Sequence record: SRR2962707_575
Direction: 5' to 3' (one strand)
Length of the DNA: 20,000 bases
The notes under the pieces are model-generated. The model did no database searches. It was not told where the DNA came from and saw nothing but the letters and a program-made list of their open reading frames with translations. Positions 17,014 to 20,000 of the stretch are shown one piece after another. The stretch's first letter is position 1; each line of letters starts with the position of its first letter. The position numbers and the translations under genes are program-made.

Positions 17014-17049
17014 AAAAAGGTGCGGTCAACGGTATGAGCGCACCTTTTT
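17014..17049 (-). terminator. Intrinsic terminator of gltBD
   Basis: AAAAAGGTGCG (17014-17024) / CGCACCTTTTT (17039-17049), extended by an inner TCA/TGA pair; lies 26 bp after the gltD stop. Confidence 0.8.
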
Positions 17050-17075
17050 CACAATTCGATTAAATTTTTATCCTG

Positions 17076-18536
17076 CTAGCGCGGCAGAATGGATGAACCC
17101 ATCAAAAATTCGTCCACAGCACGCGCGGCTTGACGCCCCTCACGAATGGCCCAAACCACAAGCGACTGGCCACGGCGCACGTCACCAGCAGCAAAGAAGC
17201 CTTCAACAGACGTTTTGTAGTCTTTATCATCGGCATGAATTGATCGGTTGCCGCGGCGATCTGTGTCGAGCGTTAGCGCTTCACCAAGATCAGCCACAAC
17301 ACCTGTCTCTTCAAGTGGGCCAGCAAAACCAATGGCTGTGAATGCTAAATCCGCACGGATATAGAATTCAGACCCAGCAATTGGCTCACGCTTTTCATCC
17401 ACTTCACAGCATTTTACATGGGTAAGAACGCCTTCTTCACCGATGAACTCAAGCGTTGCCACCTGAAACTCACGCTCAGCGCCTTCGGCTTGCGATGAAG
17501 ATGTGCGCATCTTTGTCGCCCAATAAGGCCACACAGCCAATTTATCTTCTTTTTCCGGAGGCTGCGGGCGAATATCAAGCTGCGTTACTTTAACCGCGCC
17601 TTGACGGAACGCAGTACCAACACAGTCAGATGCGGTATCACCGCCGCCAACAACAACCACATGCTTGCCGCTGGCAAGAATTGGCGCTGAATTCCAAGCT
17701 ACGCTTTCAATTGTCTCTTCACGGGCAACGCGTTTGTTCTGTTGAACCAGATAATTCATCGCTGGATGAACACCTTGAAGTTCGCCGCCAGGAATACCCG
17801 CTTCGCGCGGAGTTTCAGAACCACCGCAATAGATCACTGCGTCAAATTCAGATTTCAGATCAGCAATTGTTTTATCAACGCCAACATTCACATTGGTATG
17901 AAAGACAACGCCTTCGCCTTCCATCTGCGCCGCACGGCGATCGATGAAGTGCTTCTGCATCTTAAAGTCAGGAATACCGTAACGCATTAGGCCGCCAATA
18001 CGCGCCTCACGCTCAAACACATGCACATCATGGCCAACACGCGCAAGCTGCTGTGCTGCCGCCATACCCGCAGGTCCAGAGCCGATGATTGCAACTTTTT
18101 TGCCGGTTTTTTCTTCACATGGCTGCGGCACAATATAGCCCATATCATAGGCTTTATCGGCAATCGCTTGTTCAACGGTTTTAATCGCCACCGGCGCATC
18201 ATCAAGGTTAAGCGTACACGCTTCCTCGCAAGGCGCAGGGCAAATGCGGCCCGTAAATTCTGGGAAGTTGTTGGTTGAGTGCAAATTGCGCACAGCCTCT
18301 TCCCATTCGTTATTATAAATCAGATCGTTCCAATCGGGGATCTGATTGTGGATCGGACAACCGGTTGGACCATGGCAATAAGGAACACCGCAATCCATGC
18401 AGCGCGCCGCCTGCTTAACCACTTCGGCATCTTCAAGCGGAATCGTAAATTCCTTGAAGTGACGAATGCGGTCAGACGCTGGCTGATATTTCTGTGTCTG
18501 GCGATCAATTTCCAGAAAGCCTGTAACTTTACCCAT
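17076..18536 (-). CDS. gltD: Glutamate synthase small (beta) subunit
   Basis: MGKVTGFLE; Fe-S motifs QAARCMDCGVPYC...CP and TGRICPAPCEEAC; FAD GSGPAG; NADPH GGGDTASDC; AAGDVRRGQSLVVWAIREGR. Confidence 0.98.
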   Translation of the reverse strand: MGKVTGFLEIDRQTQKYQPASDRIRHFKEFTIPLEDAEVVKQAARCMDCGVPYCHGPTGCPIHNQIPDWNDLIYNNEWEEAVRNLHSTNNFPEFTGRICPAPCEEACTLNLDDAPVAIKTVEQAIADKAYDMGYIVPQPCEEKTGKKVAIIGSGPAGMAAAQQLARVGHDVHVFEREARIGGLMRYGIPDFKMQKHFIDRRAAQMEGEGVVFHTNVNVGVDKTIADLKSEFDAVIYCGGSETPREAGIPGGELQGVHPAMNYLVQQNKRVAREETIESVAWNSAPILASGKHVVVVGGGDTASDCVGTAFRQGAVKVTQLDIRPQPPEKEDKLAVWPYWATKMRTSSSQAEGAEREFQVATLEFIGEEGVLTHVKCCEVDEKREPIAGSEFYIRADLAFTAIGFAGPLEETGVVADLGEALTLDTDRRGNRSIHADDKDYKTSVEGFFAAGDVRRGQSLVVWAIREGRQAARAVDEFLMGSSILPR

Positions 18537-18548
18537 GGATTTAGTCCC

Positions 18549-20000
18549 TTACTCTGCTGCAACAATGCCTTGCAGCATTTCCATCTCTTCCAAAGCGCGG
18601 CGATATTCAACCGGCATCACTTTACGGAATTTCGGACGATAGGTTTCCCAATTATCCAAAATACGTTTAGCCCGCACAGAACCCGTGTACATTGCGTGGT
18701 TAGCAATAAGCTGCGCCAAACGCTCTTCGTCATGGCGTGTCATATCACCAGAAACATCCACACGGCCTTTGTGCATTAAGTCACCGCCATGGTGATGCAG
18801 TTTTTCAAGAATATCATCTTCTTCAGGCACTGGCTCAAGTTCAACCATCGCCATGTTACAACGCGCTTCAAACGTATTGTCCTCATCAAGCACATAAGCA
18901 ACGCCGCCGCTCATACCTGCTGCGAAGTTGCGTCCCGTTGTGCCAAGCACGACAACGACACCGCCGGTCATATATTCACAGCCATGGTCGCCGCAGCCTT
19001 CAACAACCGCAAGTGCGCCAGAGTTACGAACAGCGAAGCGCTCTCCTGCAATACCGCTAAAATAGGCTTCACCTTGGATCGCACCATAAAGAACAGTGTT
19101 GCCCACAATGATGCTTTCATCAGCGATAATGTTTTTAACATCCGGTGAGCGAACGATAATGCGGCCGCCTGAAAGACCTTTACCCACATAGTCATTGCCA
19201 TCACCGATAAGATCGAAGGTAATGCCTTTTGCAAGGAATGCACCAAAGCTTTGACCCGCTGTGCCTGTAAGTGTCACATGGATCGTGTCATCGGCAAGGC
19301 CTTTATGGCCAAAGTTTTTCGCCACCTGACCTGAAAGCATCGCGCCTGCAGAACGGTCCACGTTTTTAATCCGTGTTTCAATTTTGACCTGCTGACGCGC
19401 TGTCAAAGCTGGCTGCGCCTCTTCGATCAATTTGCGGTCAAGAATGTCCACAATCGGATGATTTTGGCGCTGCGTCCAATAGGTCTCTTCTTTTGGTGCA
19501 TCCGGTTTGAAGAAGACTTTTGTAAAGTCCAAACCATGCGCTTTCCAATGATCAACCAAATGTACCTGACCAAGCAGATCGCTTTGACCAATAACATCAT
19601 CCAGTTTTTTGTAACCCATAGCCGCAAGCAATTCGCGCACTTCTTCTGCCACATAGAAGAAGTAGTTGATCACATCTTCTGGTGTGCCTTTAAAGCGTTT
19701 GCGCAAAACAGGGTCCTGCGTCGCTACGCCAACCGGACATGTGTTCAAATGACACTTACGCATCATGATACAGCCAGCTGCAATCAATGGTGCAGTTGAA
19801 AAGCCAAACTCGTCCGCACCCAAAAGTGCACCGATGATCACATCGCGTCCGGTTTTAAGACCACCATCAACCTGCAAGGCAATGCGAGAGCGAAGTCCGT
19901 TCATCACCAAAGTCTGATGTGTTTCGGCCAAACCCATTTCCCATGGGCTACCAGCATGTTTCAGCGAAGTCAGCGGCGAAGCGCCTGTGCCGCCATCATA
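18549..20000 (-). CDS. gltB: Glutamate synthase large (alpha) subunit, 3' part (5' truncated by window edge)
   Basis: Frame is open to base 20000 ([26 protein letters not shown]). [3Fe-4S] motif [21 protein letters not shown] domain [30 protein letters not shown] and [11 protein letters not shown]. Confidence 0.98.
   Translation of the reverse strand, partial: YDGGTGASPLTSLKHAGSPWEMGLAETHQTLVMNGLRSRIALQVDGGLKTGRDVIIGALLGADEFGFSTAPLIAAGCIMMRKCHLNTCPVGVATQDPVLRKRFKGTPEDVINYFFYVAEEVRELLAAMGYKKLDDVIGQSDLLGQVHLVDHWKAHGLDFTKVFFKPDAPKEETYWTQRQNHPIVDILDRKLIEEAQPALTARQQVKIETRIKNVDRSAGAMLSGQVAKNFGHKGLADDTIHVTLTGTAGQSFGAFLAKGITFDLIGDGNDYVGKGLSGGRIIVRSPDVKNIIADESIIVGNTVLYGAIQGEAYFSGIAGERFAVRNSGALAVVEGCGDHGCEYMTGGVVVVLGTTGRNFAAGMSGGVAYVLDEDNTFEARCNMAMVELEPVPEEDDILEKLHHHGGDLMHKGRVDVSGDMTRHDEERLAQLIANHAMYTGSVRAKRILDNWETYRPKFRKVMPVEYRRALEEMEMLQGIVAAE

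Noticed and set aside
16883..17341. 152-aa plus-strand ORF spanning gapR, the spacer and gltD
   Set aside because: It overlaps two well-supported minus-strand genes and a terminator, and its composition is not protein-like.
1..20000. Mobile elements, CRISPR arrays, tRNA/rRNA, toxin-antitoxin or anti-phage systems
   Set aside because: No transposase, integrase or nuclease motifs, no regularly spaced repeats, and all spacers are under about 240 bp. The patatin has a lipoprotein signal and no CD-NTase neighbour, so it is not a CBASS CapV effector.

Overview
A gene-dense, roughly 48-50% GC (by eye) chromosomal segment from an alphaproteobacterium of the Rhizobiales/Hyphomicrobiales; the low GC suggests an Ahrensia-like lineage, which is inference. 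Gene order: alpha/beta hydrolase (3' end), pyk, DUF1036, DUF1244, DUF459 SGNH protein, MltB-family lytic transglycosylase, outer-membrane beta-barrel, kpsF/kdsD, hemH, omp10 lipoprotein, pepF, TacA-like sigma54 activator, DUF882/YcbK (MepK-like) peptidase, patatin lipoprotein, gapR (DUF2312), gltD and the 3' part of gltB. I see no mobile element, CRISPR array, RNA gene or defence system; this is mostly conserved core genome. The best second-look items are: (i) the SGNH protein downstream of the lytic transglycosylase lacks both its catalytic Ser and His; (ii) CtrA-type TTAA-N7-TTAA boxes lie upstream of several envelope genes and the TacA-like activator, which ends in an Ala-Gly ClpXP-type degron; (iii) two exported cell-wall proteins share a MinD-like amphipathic motif; (iv) the central ~14 kb may be inverted and streamlined relative to the gene order I recall for Rhizobiaceae; (v) a lipobox-bearing patatin looks inserted. 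Family assignments come from motif recognition, not database searches.
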